Assembly (NCBI GenBank): GCA_964016885.1
Contig: OZ024742.1
Coordinates: 77,438,001 to 77,502,000, forward strand
Reading direction: 5' to 3'
From: Eledone cirrhosa
Taxonomy: Eukaryota
Length of the DNA: 64,000 bases
Below the pieces are notes generated by a model. It was not told where the DNA came from. It saw nothing but the letters and a program-made list of their open reading frames with translations, and did not search any database. The position numbers were made by a program, and so were the translations under genes. How positions within the stretch are numbered: the stretch's first letter is position 1; every line of letters begins with the position of its first letter. This document shows, in pieces, positions 14,703 through 28,184 of the stretch.

Positions 14703-15330
14703 GTAGAGATATATAGATAGGTGTATAGATAGATAAAAGAATGAATTATGGGAAGATGGATACAAATAATGAATATATTTACGAATGAAGATATGACAGG
14801 CCTCACAGATATTTTTATACTATATCTAATTTCTAATAATATATTTGTTCTACTTTTCATTCCGCACGCATACCGTTGATCACAAATGATATTATTATGT
14901 TATTATCATATTTATAATAGCATAATATAATCATAAAGTTTCCTTTAGTGCAGCTATTTTCATCATAACGTCTTTGAAGAAATGTAATTTCAACAAGAGA
15001 GTAATATTTTCTCGTTCAGATGAGTTCACACATTTGCGTTCAATTCCTTATATATTTACTCCGTATTCAGGGTGGGAAACACAATGACCCTGACCTTTTA
15101 CAGAACAACTAAGAATCTTGGGAAAGTGGATGTATGAGGGAATCCTAAAATTCAGGGACCTGTTTCGAAGGAATGTATGAGGGCACAAACACATGCACAT
15201 GAATAATTAATCTACATGAATTATTAGAACAGTTCATCCATGGATTACCCATGGATTAACCAGTCTTCAGATTGCTGGACATTTTATCTGTTCGCACACT
15301 CATACGCACACACACATACATATACGTATG

Positions 15331-15379
<49 letters not shown>

Positions 15380-15382
<3 letters not shown>

Positions 15383-15700
15383 TATGTATACGTACATAGA
15401 TATATGTATACAGACGTACAGTAGTAGGTATATATATATACATACATGCACACATATATATATGTGCGTATGGATTTACCGAACATTTATTATAATGCTC
15501 GGTTTGTTTGTAAACAAACATCCCGAAGCAAGCCGTACAGTGTGTAGCAACCATCGTTGCCCTTTTGTTCAACACTGACAAAGGAACGATGTACTAGTTT
15601 CAAGCTTATTAGGTATCGTCAGCACCGTATACCTTCCTGCCAGATGATTGAACGTCTGAAAGTATATACTTTCCTTGTGCATATTAACGGATGAGCAGCC
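15380..15700 (-). repeat. Partial copy of the 422 bp HHR repeat family (see 42531)
   Basis: High similarity to 42590-42905. Confidence 0.85.
15586..15628 (-). ncRNA. Type I hammerhead ribozyme
   Basis: acggtg-CTGACGA-tacct aata agctt-GAAAC TA GTA-catcgt; 6 bp stem I and palindromic ACTAGT stem III. Confidence 0.8.
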
Positions 15701-15707
15701 TAATATA

Positions 15708-15955
15708 TATAACATAGGAATAATGGTAAGGAACCAGATGGACCATAACGCACCAGAGTACTCAATACTTACGGTAGTAGAGTGGGAAATAGGAACAAGT
15801 AAGACCCCGACGGCAGAGCTCAAGCCGTTTCGACGGCTATTTCTGGACTAAATTAGAATTTTTAGCCTTTGTCACCGGGCTAAAAATTCTAATTTAGTCC
15901 AGAAATAGCCGTCGAAACGGCTTGAGCTCTGCCGTCGGGCTCTTAATTTTTCATA
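15708..15955. repeat. Short fold-back element, copy 1 of 3
   Basis: cccgacggcagagctcaagccgtttcgacggctatttctggactaaatt... followed by its reverse complement. Confidence 0.85.
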
Positions 15956-15964
15956 TATATATAT

Positions 15965-16237
15965 ATTAGTCTAAGACTCCTTTTATACCATAAACGTGGT
16001 TTTGTCTTTGCGTGTAATTGTTTTTCACCGCTCCAAATATTATATTCGTTTTTACCCGTTCTTTGCCAGGGAACGTTTCGACGAACCAATGTATCGTCTT
16101 CCTGTCTTCCTCCGGTTGCAACGTTTTTTTAAATATTCACTTCTCCGTTCACAGATTGACTTTGTTAGTTTCAGAAGATTCCGTTAAGGGTGAAAGCAGA
16201 GATTCTTTGCTTAAAATTTAATCTGTTATTTTAATAA
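15965..16237. repeat. Partial copy of the 35.2-36.6 kb element arm
   Basis: Matches 36333-36612. Confidence 0.85.
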
Positions 16238-16332
<95 letters not shown>

Positions 16333-16339
16333 TGTGTGT

Positions 16340-16435
<96 letters not shown>

Positions 16436-16551
16436 AACCACAGACCCTCCATCTCAATTCTACTTTTGAAAAGCAGAAGATCTGCGAAAAGGAACCAAAT
16501 AAATGTATATTTAAAAAAAAAGACTCCAGTTGCATTTGGGATTTCATCTTT

Positions 16552-16614
<63 letters not shown>

Positions 16615-16615
<1 letters not shown>

Positions 16616-16783
16616 CTATCTATCTATCTGAGGCGGGTAAAATTCCCGAGATCCATAGACGAGTTCTTTCCAGCGGTCTCTGTCCCTCATTATCGCTGCC
16701 ATATCCTGCATCTCCAACAGACCAGTGTCTGTCCTTAGGGCATCAACATACGTTAACCTTGGTCTTCCTCTTCTAGTGTGTCC
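16615..16783 (-). mobile_element. RTE-clade LINE 3' end
   Basis: Reverse complement of 46450-46610 with a (TAGA)n tail. Confidence 0.85.
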
Positions 16784-18101
16784 ATGTATATATGTATATA
16801 TGTGTATATGTATATATGTATATATGTATATATGTGCGTGTATGTGAGGGTGTGTGTCTGGCTTTTACAGTTAGCACCTACAATATCCATTTACATATAT
16901 TGGTCAGGAAATAGTAGAAACGCTTGCGCAAGGCGTCCTAAAATGGAATTGAACCCGGAAGCACATGTTTCAGACGCAAGCTCCTTAAGCATACACCTCT
17001 GTCTTATTCTCAAACTATATAGCATAATCAGCTTTTACTAAAACGGCATTATAAAATTCATCTAATCCACCCGCCTCATATAATTTCATTAGCATGCTTT
17101 GCAAATTCAGGTAGATCTGCTGTCGATTAAAATAAATACCATTCGCAAGATTAATGTAGTTTAACTATTAACAAATAATTATTTCAATTCTTTTGTTTTG
17201 CCTACATTTTAGTAGACCATTTCCGTATATTACCCGTTTGATACGTCTCCCCACTTGGCTATGTCTATGAATATATTACATCCTTACTACCACTAAACAG
17301 ACATAGATCATATGCTTTATTGTTAATTAATGTTGATTCTCCAGCCCACATGACACTAGGCGCTTGTTATTTTTGGTTTGTCGTTCTCATTGGTCACATA
17401 TTGATTTTGAACAACCATTAGCCTGGGGAATTTGAGAAATCATTGGCTTTCATTGTGAGTAAATGATGTTTGTCTTCTTTTATTATTAGCCTTGTTAATT
17501 CGCAAATGTTCTTTTTTATTATTTTCGACAATTTCTCGATAAAATATTTGTGAATGTTTTGATATTACACTTCACACATGATGTATTTATAGGAATCAGT
17601 GTATTTTATATACAATTTTTACAAATTCTCAATATGTAAATAACTTTATAAAACATTTATAAAATTTGTAAAATAATAATGGAACTTTATTTTCAGATGT
17701 GTATTGTACCAGTTGCCGCAGGATTATATAGTGATTTGTTGAAAGAATATCGCCTTTTAGATATACCCTGCCCAACCTCATCATCATCATCATCATTATC
17801 AACAGCAGCAGCAGCAGTGATAGTAGCAGCAAAGGCATCTCCCTCTACCCCTTATCAAACCCTCATCATCCTCAACATCAAGAACAAGATCAAAATTGTC
17901 TGTCAAATATGAGGCGAACATGTATCACATATCGACTCTGAGAAACGAAAAGTACAAGATATTACACGGAACCTTTTGAAAGAAAAAGAAAGCTCAATAA
18001 CCCTTGAAAATTTTAGAAATAATGTTTTATTGTTTACAACACAAAAATAAAATGAAATACGCTAGGATGAGAAAAGTTAACGGGCGATTATTATTATGTG
18101 G

Positions 18102-18275
18102 ATTGGCAGTATCGGTAGAGCGTCGGACGCCCTGCTTTGACGCAGAGTTACGGCCCTTTCCAATCTGAGTTCAAATCCCGCCGAGGTTAACTTTGTCTTT
18201 CATCGATAAAATAAAGTACCAGTAAAACAGTGGGTAATTGCTGGCCTTGTGCCTAAAGTAGAAACAATTATTATT
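18102..18275 (+). mobile_element. SINE (family 1)
   Basis: A-box TGGCAGTATCGG, B-box GAGTTCAAATCC, (ATT)n tail. Confidence 0.85.
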
Positions 18276-18497
18276 TAATGAAATACTCAATAAAATGCAG
18301 TTAATGTAATAAGACATTTATATAGTGATACGTGCTACGTATCACTATATAAACGAAGGGTTAACCTATTTATTACTACACAGATTATTAGATAATGTAA
18401 TCTGGTTACGAAGTATCATATTACAAATGGAGAATGATTATGGAAGAAAATTAAATCTAACTATAATAGATAATATATTTAAGATAAAGTGTTCTGT

Positions 18498-18795
18498 GAA
18501 GGTGTATGGTTTAGTTGTTAGAGCGTCGGGTTTACAATCGTAAGTCCGATTCTCAGAACGGGCGTTAAGGTGTGTTCTTGGGCAAGACCCTTTATTTCAC
18601 GTTGTTCCAGTTCACTCAGCCGTAGAAATAAGTTGCGAGCTCACTGGTACCAAGCTATATCAGCCTTTGCTTTGGACAATATCGGTGGCGTGGAGAGGGG
18701 AGACTAGTATGCATCGGTGACTGTTGGTCTTCCAGAAACGAACTTGCTCGGACTTGTGCCTCGGAAAGGAACTTTCTAGGTGCAAATCCCATGAA
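18498..18795 (+). mobile_element. tRNA-derived SINE (family 2)
   Basis: A-box TGGTTTAGTTG, eroded B-box, CTTGGGCAAGACCCTTTATTTCACGTTG body. Confidence 0.75.
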
Positions 18796-19247
18796 GATTA
18801 TTCAGGGATATAAACAGATTAGTGGCTTAATCAGATATATTGTACAATATACTGAAACGTTATACTCGAATTCGAAATAAGACAAAGTTCTTAAACACTT
18901 AAAATATTATAGTATATAGAAGGAGTGAAAAGTTTTGAATCAAACTAGAGAAATTTCGATATGAAAATATCAAAATATATACTAACAATGAGAAAGAATT
19001 TAAATAATTTCAAAGAGAGATAAAGTTTGCACAAACCTATATCGTGAATATAAATATTAGTAAATTATAGATAGAAGACCAACTGACGAGTTAAAAAACT
19101 AATCAAATAAAGTATATATGAAACATTAATGAAACTTCCTCAGAAGTGTTTTCAATGTTACATATAATAATCTTTTTAGAATGATCGCATATATATATAT
19201 TTAGGAGTATACATATGCTGAACTAGACATAAACACAAGATACCCAA

Positions 19248-19348
<101 letters not shown>

Positions 19349-19616
19349 CTACATATATGTAAGATGTAATCACTAATAAAAGAATAAATAAATATATGTG
19401 CAACGAAAGAACTTTGTTAGACTATATATATGTGTATGTGTCTATATTATATCTGTATGTTTTACCGTTGGTCAGTCAATGATAAACATTGAGGACCGAA
19501 TAAATTAAATGATGTAAAAGATACAGAAGCGAAAAGAAAACCAACCAAACAGTGAGTGTGTTCTATTATTAATTCTGGCAATATTATTACAACAATATGA
19601 CCCTCCCCAAGTATAA

Positions 19617-19689
<73 letters not shown>

Positions 19690-19692
<3 letters not shown>

Positions 19693-20480
19693 GATAGTGA
19701 ATAAAATCTAAGTTGCAGCTGCGACTAACATCTTTCGAAAACAAACCTCAGGAGATGGCACAAGCAGTCAATGAGATGATATCGATAAAGCGGTATATTA
19801 TAGCTCAGAGTAATAAACATACGCTAAAGGTGTGACAAATTGAAGAGTGCGGCTGGGTAAAAACACTACCACAAAATCTACAACAACAACGGAAATACAA
19901 ACAGGTTCCATACGACCCAGGAGCTGATCGATAGATATTATAAAATACCTTTAATTGGTTTCTAGGAAAATCCGAAATAAACACTCCAGGTTGCGCAATA
20001 TGCAAGTCAGTAATATATCATAAGATTGAACGTGGATGTTCTTTCTTTCTTTCTCAACAGACGTTTCGTTCCGTATACCAATAGCTCGGCATCATGGCAC
20101 CGCTGTCAGTACCTGTAATATCAGCTATGGAGATGGGTCACGTGTTCTTTCTCATGAAAGGAGGAAGATTCACATCCTTGTTTTTGGAGGGCAAATTCAA
20201 AAGTGGGATCAAAGGAAGTAAGCTCTCGATTAGGATATCAAACAAAGATAATTAATCAATTAATCAATTAATTATAAGGACAAGGAGAAAATAATTACAA
20301 AGATAGTGAGTAAAATCGAAGTTGCAGCTGTGACTAGCATCTCTCGAAAACAATCCAGAGAAGATGGCACAAGCCCTCAATGAGATGATATCGATAAATC
20401 GATAAATTATGGCACATACGTTAAAGTGTGACAAATTGAGAATTGGTGCCGGGTAAAAAACTGCCATAAAAGGTACCACG
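19690..20480. repeat. Diverged direct repeat (about 19690-19880 and 20300-20480), probably an old pLTR or tandem unit with a period near 610 bp
   Basis: gatagtga.taaaatc.aagttgcagctg.gacta.catc...gagatgatatcgataaa occurs twice. Confidence 0.7.
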
Positions 20481-20537
20481 AAAATAAAAGCAAGTCATAT
20501 ATATATAAGTGGTTACACGACAGTTAGTTCACTATAC

Positions 20538-20575
20538 CGAGAACAATTGTTTCACGTTAACGGATCCTCAGCTCG
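20538..20575 (-). ncRNA. Type I hammerhead ribozyme downstream of a PLE endonuclease
   Basis: cgag-CTGAGGA-tc cgttaacg t-GAAAC AATT GTT-ctcg; stem I CGAG/CTCG and palindromic ACAATTGT. Confidence 0.8.
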
Positions 20576-20695
20576 TAATGGACATGGTTATACGGAACAG
20601 GAAGGACAACCGTACGAACACGCATGCGTAGAGACCGGTCACTTCACACAAGCAATACTAAAATGCGTGCAAGAGGTGTAAGGGAGATAAAGTTT

Positions 20696-21140
20696 CTAGA
20701 TGATAAGAACATGATGATGTTGTTGTAATTCAATCCGGAGCTTTGTAGTTATGCAAGAGATGTTCGAGACGTGTGGACAACGTGTGAAGAATTCATATCT
20801 CGTGTTTAGGCAATCACTAGTGCATAATCTCTTTAGAATATTTATTCGTTCATTAATACATAGTCCACACGGATTTCCCCTTGCGTATGGCTTGGACTTG
20901 CTGATAGCTTTCCATTGAATGTAGTAGTTTATAGTTGAGTCATTGAGGGACCATACGTGGTTCGCGAGTTTCGTGGATAAACGACTGTCCGGGTACCTAA
21001 AGGTCGACTGGTGGTTCAGGAAATGTTCCTTAAATCGGCCCTCCGCCATACCCACAGAGGATTTGACCTCCTGTGGTTGATTTGGTCGGTTGGAAGTGAC
21101 CACAGTTTCATAAACTATAGCGGGTGTATTGCATTGCTGT
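20696..21140 (-). pseudogene. PLE (Naiad-like) GIY-YIG endonuclease fragment, 5'-truncated
   Basis: VGMAEGRFKEHFLNHQSTF, TKLANHVWSL, CGLCINER, CPH. Confidence 0.85.
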
Positions 21141-21581
21141 TGAAGGGGTCAAGCTTCGGGCTTACGGAAAGATCACCGTGGTGGGGTGTTGCTCCTAGGG
21201 CTGCTGGTGATGTGGGCCTTCATGTTCTTAGCGCAGGAGTATCCTAGTTTTACTTTGTGTCGGTTAAAGACATATATATATACATGTATGTGTGTGTGTG
21301 TATGCGTGTGTATGTATATACAAATATGCACACGAATACGTACATTGCTATAGACAATATATCAAAGAAAAATCATATATGTACCATAACTAAAGGTACT
21401 CCACGGGAGTTGCAGATATACACTTACACATAATCAATATGTCGTATACATGAAAGGATAGAGAAACCTTAACTGATGAATAAAGACATGAGAAAACTGT
21501 GTGAGACATACACAAAATAAATTCTAAAAACACATAAACAATAATTTATATAAATGATTTGCATACATGGACACGAGAGAC

Positions 21582-21627
<46 letters not shown>

Positions 21628-21656
21628 TTCTCTCTCACACATACTCACGCACACGC

Positions 21657-21723
<67 letters not shown>

Positions 21724-22490
21724 GAAAAGTATGACGAAAATAATTACGCAACATTTAGTATATGTTATGTTAATATGCAATTTATGAATTAAAATTAGGC
21801 ATGATAATTAATTACAATATGGTAAGGTATTTGATAAATACAAGAATTTCGGACGTTTATAAGAATTAAGTGTCGCATGTACTTTGGCAGGCACATCATA
21901 TCACCGTCTCTTTTTATTCTATCTACGTATGGGAATTGTGACGTCAGCCGGTGGAAATTATCTGTAATTTCAAACAAATATGTTGAAACCGTGCCTATGT
22001 CATAGTGAATGCTGATTATGTATTTCATAAAGCATATAATGCTTTAGGATGATTTTCAATTCATGTGTCACAGTGTCAATATTTAAGGCTCTTTCGTTTT
22101 TTATGGATCAATTGAAATCAAAGAACCTATTGAGAACGAAGAGAGTGATTGAAGAATGATATGATTCAATACCATTACCTCCTTTCAAACCACCACTCAG
22201 AATTAGTACTTTCGCTAAGAAAATTTCCCTTGTCACTTCAAAGCTGTCTGCTGAACTAAAGAAACAGTATATTACCAAAAAGAAAACCATGAACCAAAGG
22301 AAATTTAAAGAAGAGCATTGATACATAACTGATGCAAAAAAACAGTATGAAATATTAGAAGCATAAAAATCCATGTCATTCATTATTCAATTTAGGATTA
22401 GACAGAATATTTTGCACTCAGATTATTGATAATATAGTTACGTAAACTAAAACCACATAACAATAGTGTTAACGCAATGTTATCATTCAT

Positions 22491-22560
<70 letters not shown>

Positions 22561-23070
22561 ATATATCTATCTATCTATATATATATAATAGTCGTTTTAG
22601 AAGCCACTACAATTCAGATGGATAAATCTCCGGGTAACAAAATCAGGTGACAGTAGGAGAGAGAAAAGTAGAAATGGCGTAAAAATAGACGTAGAGAACG
22701 TAAAAAGAAAACTAGAAATATACTTTCCTTGGAAGAGAGTTATTATATATGTGTACATGTTGTGTATATATATATATGTGTGTGCATGTGTGTTTGTTTC
22801 AGACTCTGTGTGTGTATGCTTGTGTATGTTTTTGCATGTGTGTGTGTGTGTAAGCCGGTGTGAATTAGAATAAGGTGGCGATTGAAAATTTATGGTAAAC
22901 TGAATTAGATGTTTTCAGCGTCTGGCGACTACAGATTATAATCTAATATTATTGAATGCTAATGCCCATTGTTTCCTTTATGGGTCATCATGTGACTTAA
23001 TACTAAAGTATTTTCTGTAGTCAATGCGCGGTAAAAGCTTCTTTTTATATTTTATATATATATATATATA

Positions 23071-23963
23071 ATAAATCATGTCTATAGAATTATTAGATAA
23101 ATAAAATATATACCATTTCCTCTGCCAATCAGCATAATTAACCATATAAAAAATCAATTAGACCAAGCTATAAGGATAAAGGCTCCTATGAAGAAATCTC
23201 CGACAAATAACCGAAAGTGGCCTCTTCGCGGTGGCCCCAATAGAGTATTTATCCAACATTTCGACAGCATGTAGAAACTGACTAAATATACAATCAACCA
23301 TACACAATTAGGTATAAATTCAAACTAAGAAGAAATGTGTACATACCGTAACTATATCCCTACCATGGTTTCATCCGTATGTTTAGATATCCTATTAATA
23401 GGAAATCCACAGAGTTCGGATTCATCAGGAGACAAACTCAAAAAAATAGACACTTAGTTTCCCAAAGTGATCGCGCCAAAACTAGATTAAAAAATGGCTA
23501 AGAACCGTATCATGGCTGTGGTCAAGTTGGAAAGAATGTGATTAGTTGCTTACGGCGGGTAGGCTTGTTGCTAGAAAGCGCAGCCAAATATCGCCAAATT
23601 GTATATCAACCTAACGGGAGATTATTAAATATAAAGGTTTACATATACATAAAGTTATATATGTTTGTCAGTTTCTACATGCTGTCGAAATGTTGGATAA
23701 ATACTCTATTGGAGCCACCGCGAAGAGGCCACTTTCGGTTATTTGTCGGAGATTTCTTCATAGGAGCCTTTATCCTTATAGCTTGGTCTAATTGATTTTT
23801 TACATGGTTAATTATGCTGATTGGCAGAGGAAATGGTATATATTTTATTTATCTAATAATTCTATAGACATGATTTATGATATATTGCTCTGATTATTTA
23901 ATTTATTAATTCTTCATAGAGCCACAAAGTGACCGGTTGCAACTTTATGTATATGTAAACCTT

Positions 23964-23968
<5 letters not shown>
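23071..23968. repeat. ORF-less unit of about 648 bp present as two opposed, circularly permuted arms between (TA)n tracts
   Basis: 23667-23878 is the reverse complement of 23071-23282; 23941-23968 is the reverse complement of 23629-23656. Confidence 0.85.
23357..23432 (-). ncRNA. Type I hammerhead ribozyme with an extended stem II
   Basis: tctc-CTGATGA-ATCCG...CGGAT-GAAAC CATG GTA-ggga; inner hairpin gatttcctattaataggatatc. Confidence 0.85.
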
Positions 23969-23995
<27 letters not shown>

Positions 23996-24009
23996 ATATA
24001 TACATACAT

Positions 24010-25340
24010 CCTATACCGTCCTCCCTCATGATGACAGCCTCCGCGCTCCCCAACATTCTTTATATTTACGCCCTATCACTTACACCATTACTACCTCTCT
24101 TCTCTGTCAGGCCGAGCTTGATCTGACCCTCAATGGATTTTTTTTTTCTGGTGAATTTGATCAGCAGGTCTCTGGGGTAGCGATGGGAACGAGAATGGGT
24201 CCCAACTATGCCAACTTGTTTGTTGGCTACGTCGAAGCCCAGATCTTCTCCCAGTACGCTGGACCGACTCCTGAGCTATACATTCGTTATATCGACGACT
24301 GTATCGGCGCCATCTCTCTATCACGAGAACAGCTCGACTGTTTTCTTTCTTTTGTCCAATCTTTCCATCCTGCTCTCAATTTCACCTCCTCCGTCTCCGA
24401 TTCTTGTCTCTTTTCTAGATATCTCTCTATCTATTAATCACTCTCACCACACCCTCTCTACTTCCATATTCATTAAACCAACCCGACTCCCAATCTTACT
24501 TCGACTTCACTTCATCCCATCCAACCCACACCCAACACTCCATACCCTATTCCCAATTCCTCCGTTTTCGTCGAGTCTAAAGCCAGGACGACGATTTCGA
24601 AACCCATTCCCTTCGCATGGCTTTCTGCTTCATCCAGCATGTATATCCCCCCACCCTGATCTAAGCGGCTCTCACCCGCGCCTGTGAAACAGATCGCACC
24701 GCAGCCCGCTCACCTCAACCCCGCGCTCCCAACACCCACGTTCCTTTCCCTCTCTCCTAACACCCTATCACCCTACCACTTGGCCAATATATCCTCCGTT
24801 CCTTCCGCATCCTATTTTCTTACGCCATTATTTCGCGCTTTTTCCAAATCCACCTTTTAAGCGGACCCGCAAACTCCGCGACCTCCTGGTACGCAGTTGC
24901 TTCTCGTCCTCTCCGACGACTCCACCCGGCTCTCATCCTCGTTCCCGTTCACGCTGCAAAACTTGTCCCTTCATTTCCACCCTCACCACTCTTACAGGTC
25001 CTAACGGTCTTTCCGTATTCGCCAATCGTTCACCTGCACATCCACCCACGTTGTCTATGCCCGCCCGTGTTCCCTTTACATGTCTTTATATATCGGATAA
25101 ACGGGACGCCGTATGATTGACCGTTTTGCCGAGTATTGGAAGGACATACGACTTGGTTTCGATACTCCTCTCGCCCGTCATTTCTGTTCTCCTGGTAATT
25201 CTTCCCTACATGTTTCAGTCCTGGGTGTCCTTTTACATCATGGATCACAGGCCTCGTGCATCAGGACTGAACAAAGTCTGATACACCGCCTTGTGTCCTA
25301 TTCCCTTCTTGGTCTCAACTCGCATCCCCAATTTCTCTAA
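24010..25340 (+). pseudogene. PLE (Neptune-like) RT core to GIY-YIG, disrupted
   Basis: QVSGVAMGTRMGPNYANLFVGYVE, RYIDD, SFLDI, CKTCPFI, YIG*TGRRMIDRFAEY. Confidence 0.9.
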
Positions 25341-25484
25341 TACCCCGTCCATTATCACACCCCTAGATTCCTATAGTTTCTCTTGATCATTAAAATCTTC
25401 TTATGGATGGACCTGCTATTTTATCTAAAGACATCTTTTCCAATTCCAACCCGCTCATCCCCTCAATATATTTTATTTTTCATT

Positions 25485-25519
25485 CTCTCTTCTGATGGAG
25501 GACTAGCGTCCGAAACGTT

Positions 25520-25520
<1 letters not shown>
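25485..25520 (+). ncRNA. Hammerhead remnant at the PLE 3' end, abutting (TA)n
   Basis: CTGATGG-A-GGAC tagc GTCC-GAAACGTT, then the microsatellite. Confidence 0.65.
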
Positions 25521-26377
<857 letters not shown>

Positions 26378-27883
26378 AGATTACAATAATCAAAGTTCAG
26401 TTTAAGTCATTTATTTGCTTACAATTGTTTCCTCCAAACCGAGGTTTGGATTGTTCGGAGCAACTATTTACTGATCTATAACATACTTGACCTCATTTTC
26501 AACCCAAGAGACACATAAAACATATGCGCATATTGCTCAATAGTGGGGTGACATTCATCAAATGATATAGCATGGCAATTTACATATAAAGGTTACAGGA
26601 TAAAAATAAAATAAAAACAAGAATGAAAATAAAGATAAACATGAAGCGTTGGCTGTCTATGAAAATAAAGCAAGAGGAAAGCTTAGAGTAGTCAGTGTAT
26701 GAAACAATCTAACGTGTAGTATGCACGCGTGTCTTATTTATACATGATTAAAGTGCGTCAGAATGATATTTGCAGGGTCAGGCAGTTGAAGCAGGCAATC
26801 GATCTTATTATGTGGGCTGAAATATTAAGTCATTTATTCTCATACATCTGTATGATATACAGTCTCGGATGCAGGGAAACAACAAAATATCAAAAACTTT
26901 CAACATACTATAAACCTTATTGTATCGTAGGCAAAGCCGTACCACTGTCTTCGCTCACACCACCACTCACATAATCCATGAGACGCAATATATATAGAGA
27001 ACACGTGTCTATCGTATAATTCGCGGTGGTTCAGCATATAATCAAGCTGTAAACCGCATCCAGTCGGTTCTTAATTAATAGATCATGCTGTCCAGATTCC
27101 GGAAGTGTCTGAATGACTAAGGGGAATTAATGCGTAAGGGGGGGTAACTAGCTAGTTATCTTAGTTAAATTTAACTAAGATAACTAGCTAGTAACCTCCC
27201 CTTACGCATTAATTCCCCTTAGTCATTCAGACATTTCCGGAATCTGGACAGCATGATCTATTAATTAAGAACCGACTGGATACGGTTTATAGCTTGATTA
27301 TATGCTGAACCACCGCGAATTATACGATAGACACGTGTTCTCTATATATATTGCGTCTCATGGATTATGTGAGTGGTGGTGTGAGCGAAGACAGTGGTAC
27401 GGCTTTGCCTACGATACAATAAGGTTTATAGTATGTTGAAAGTTTTTGATATTTTAGTGTTTCCCTGCATCCGAGACTGTATATCATACAGATGTATGAG
27501 AATAAATGACTTAATATTTCAGCCCACATAATAAGATCGATTGCCTGCTTCAACTGCCTGACCCTGCAAATATCATTCTGACGCACTCTAATCATGTATA
27601 AATAAGACACGCGTGCATACTACACGTTAGATTGTTTCATACACTGACTACTCTAAGCTTTCCTCTTGCTTTATCTTCATAGACAGCCAACGCTTCATGT
27701 TTATCTTTATTTTCATTCTTGTTTTTATTTTATTTTTATCCTGTAACCTTTATATGTAAATTGCCATGCTATATCATTTGATGAATGTCACCCCACTGTT
27801 GATCAATGCGCATATTGCGCATATGTTTTATGTGTCTCTTGGGTTGAAAAGGAGGTCAAGTATCTTATAGATCAGTAAATAGC

Positions 27884-27930
27884 TGCTCCGAAGAATCCAA
27901 ACCTCGGTTTGGAGGAAACAATTGTAAGCA
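27884..27930 (+). ncRNA. Hammerhead ribozyme in the 5' pLTR (U4C core variant)
   Basis: tgct-CCGAAGA-aTCCAAACC tc GGTTTGGAg-GAAAC AATT GTA-agca. Confidence 0.8.
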
Positions 27931-28184
27931 AATAAATGACTTAAACTGAACTTTGATTATTGTAATCTCTATATAACTGCTCTGTAAAACAACTGATGGT
28001 ATTACATTGAGCTATTTATCTTACTGGTAATAGGATAGTAATTAATGACTATCTTTCACTATTTAGGGTTTGTATATATAATATATTACCATTAAAGGTA
28101 TTATTGCATACATAACTATAAATAGTACAATTAATACTAATAACTGCTCCATTTTGTTGAGCTGATATACCATAAATTACCAGC

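Noticed and set aside
22108-22383. Possible host exon
   Set aside because: No recognisable domain, splice context or partner exons
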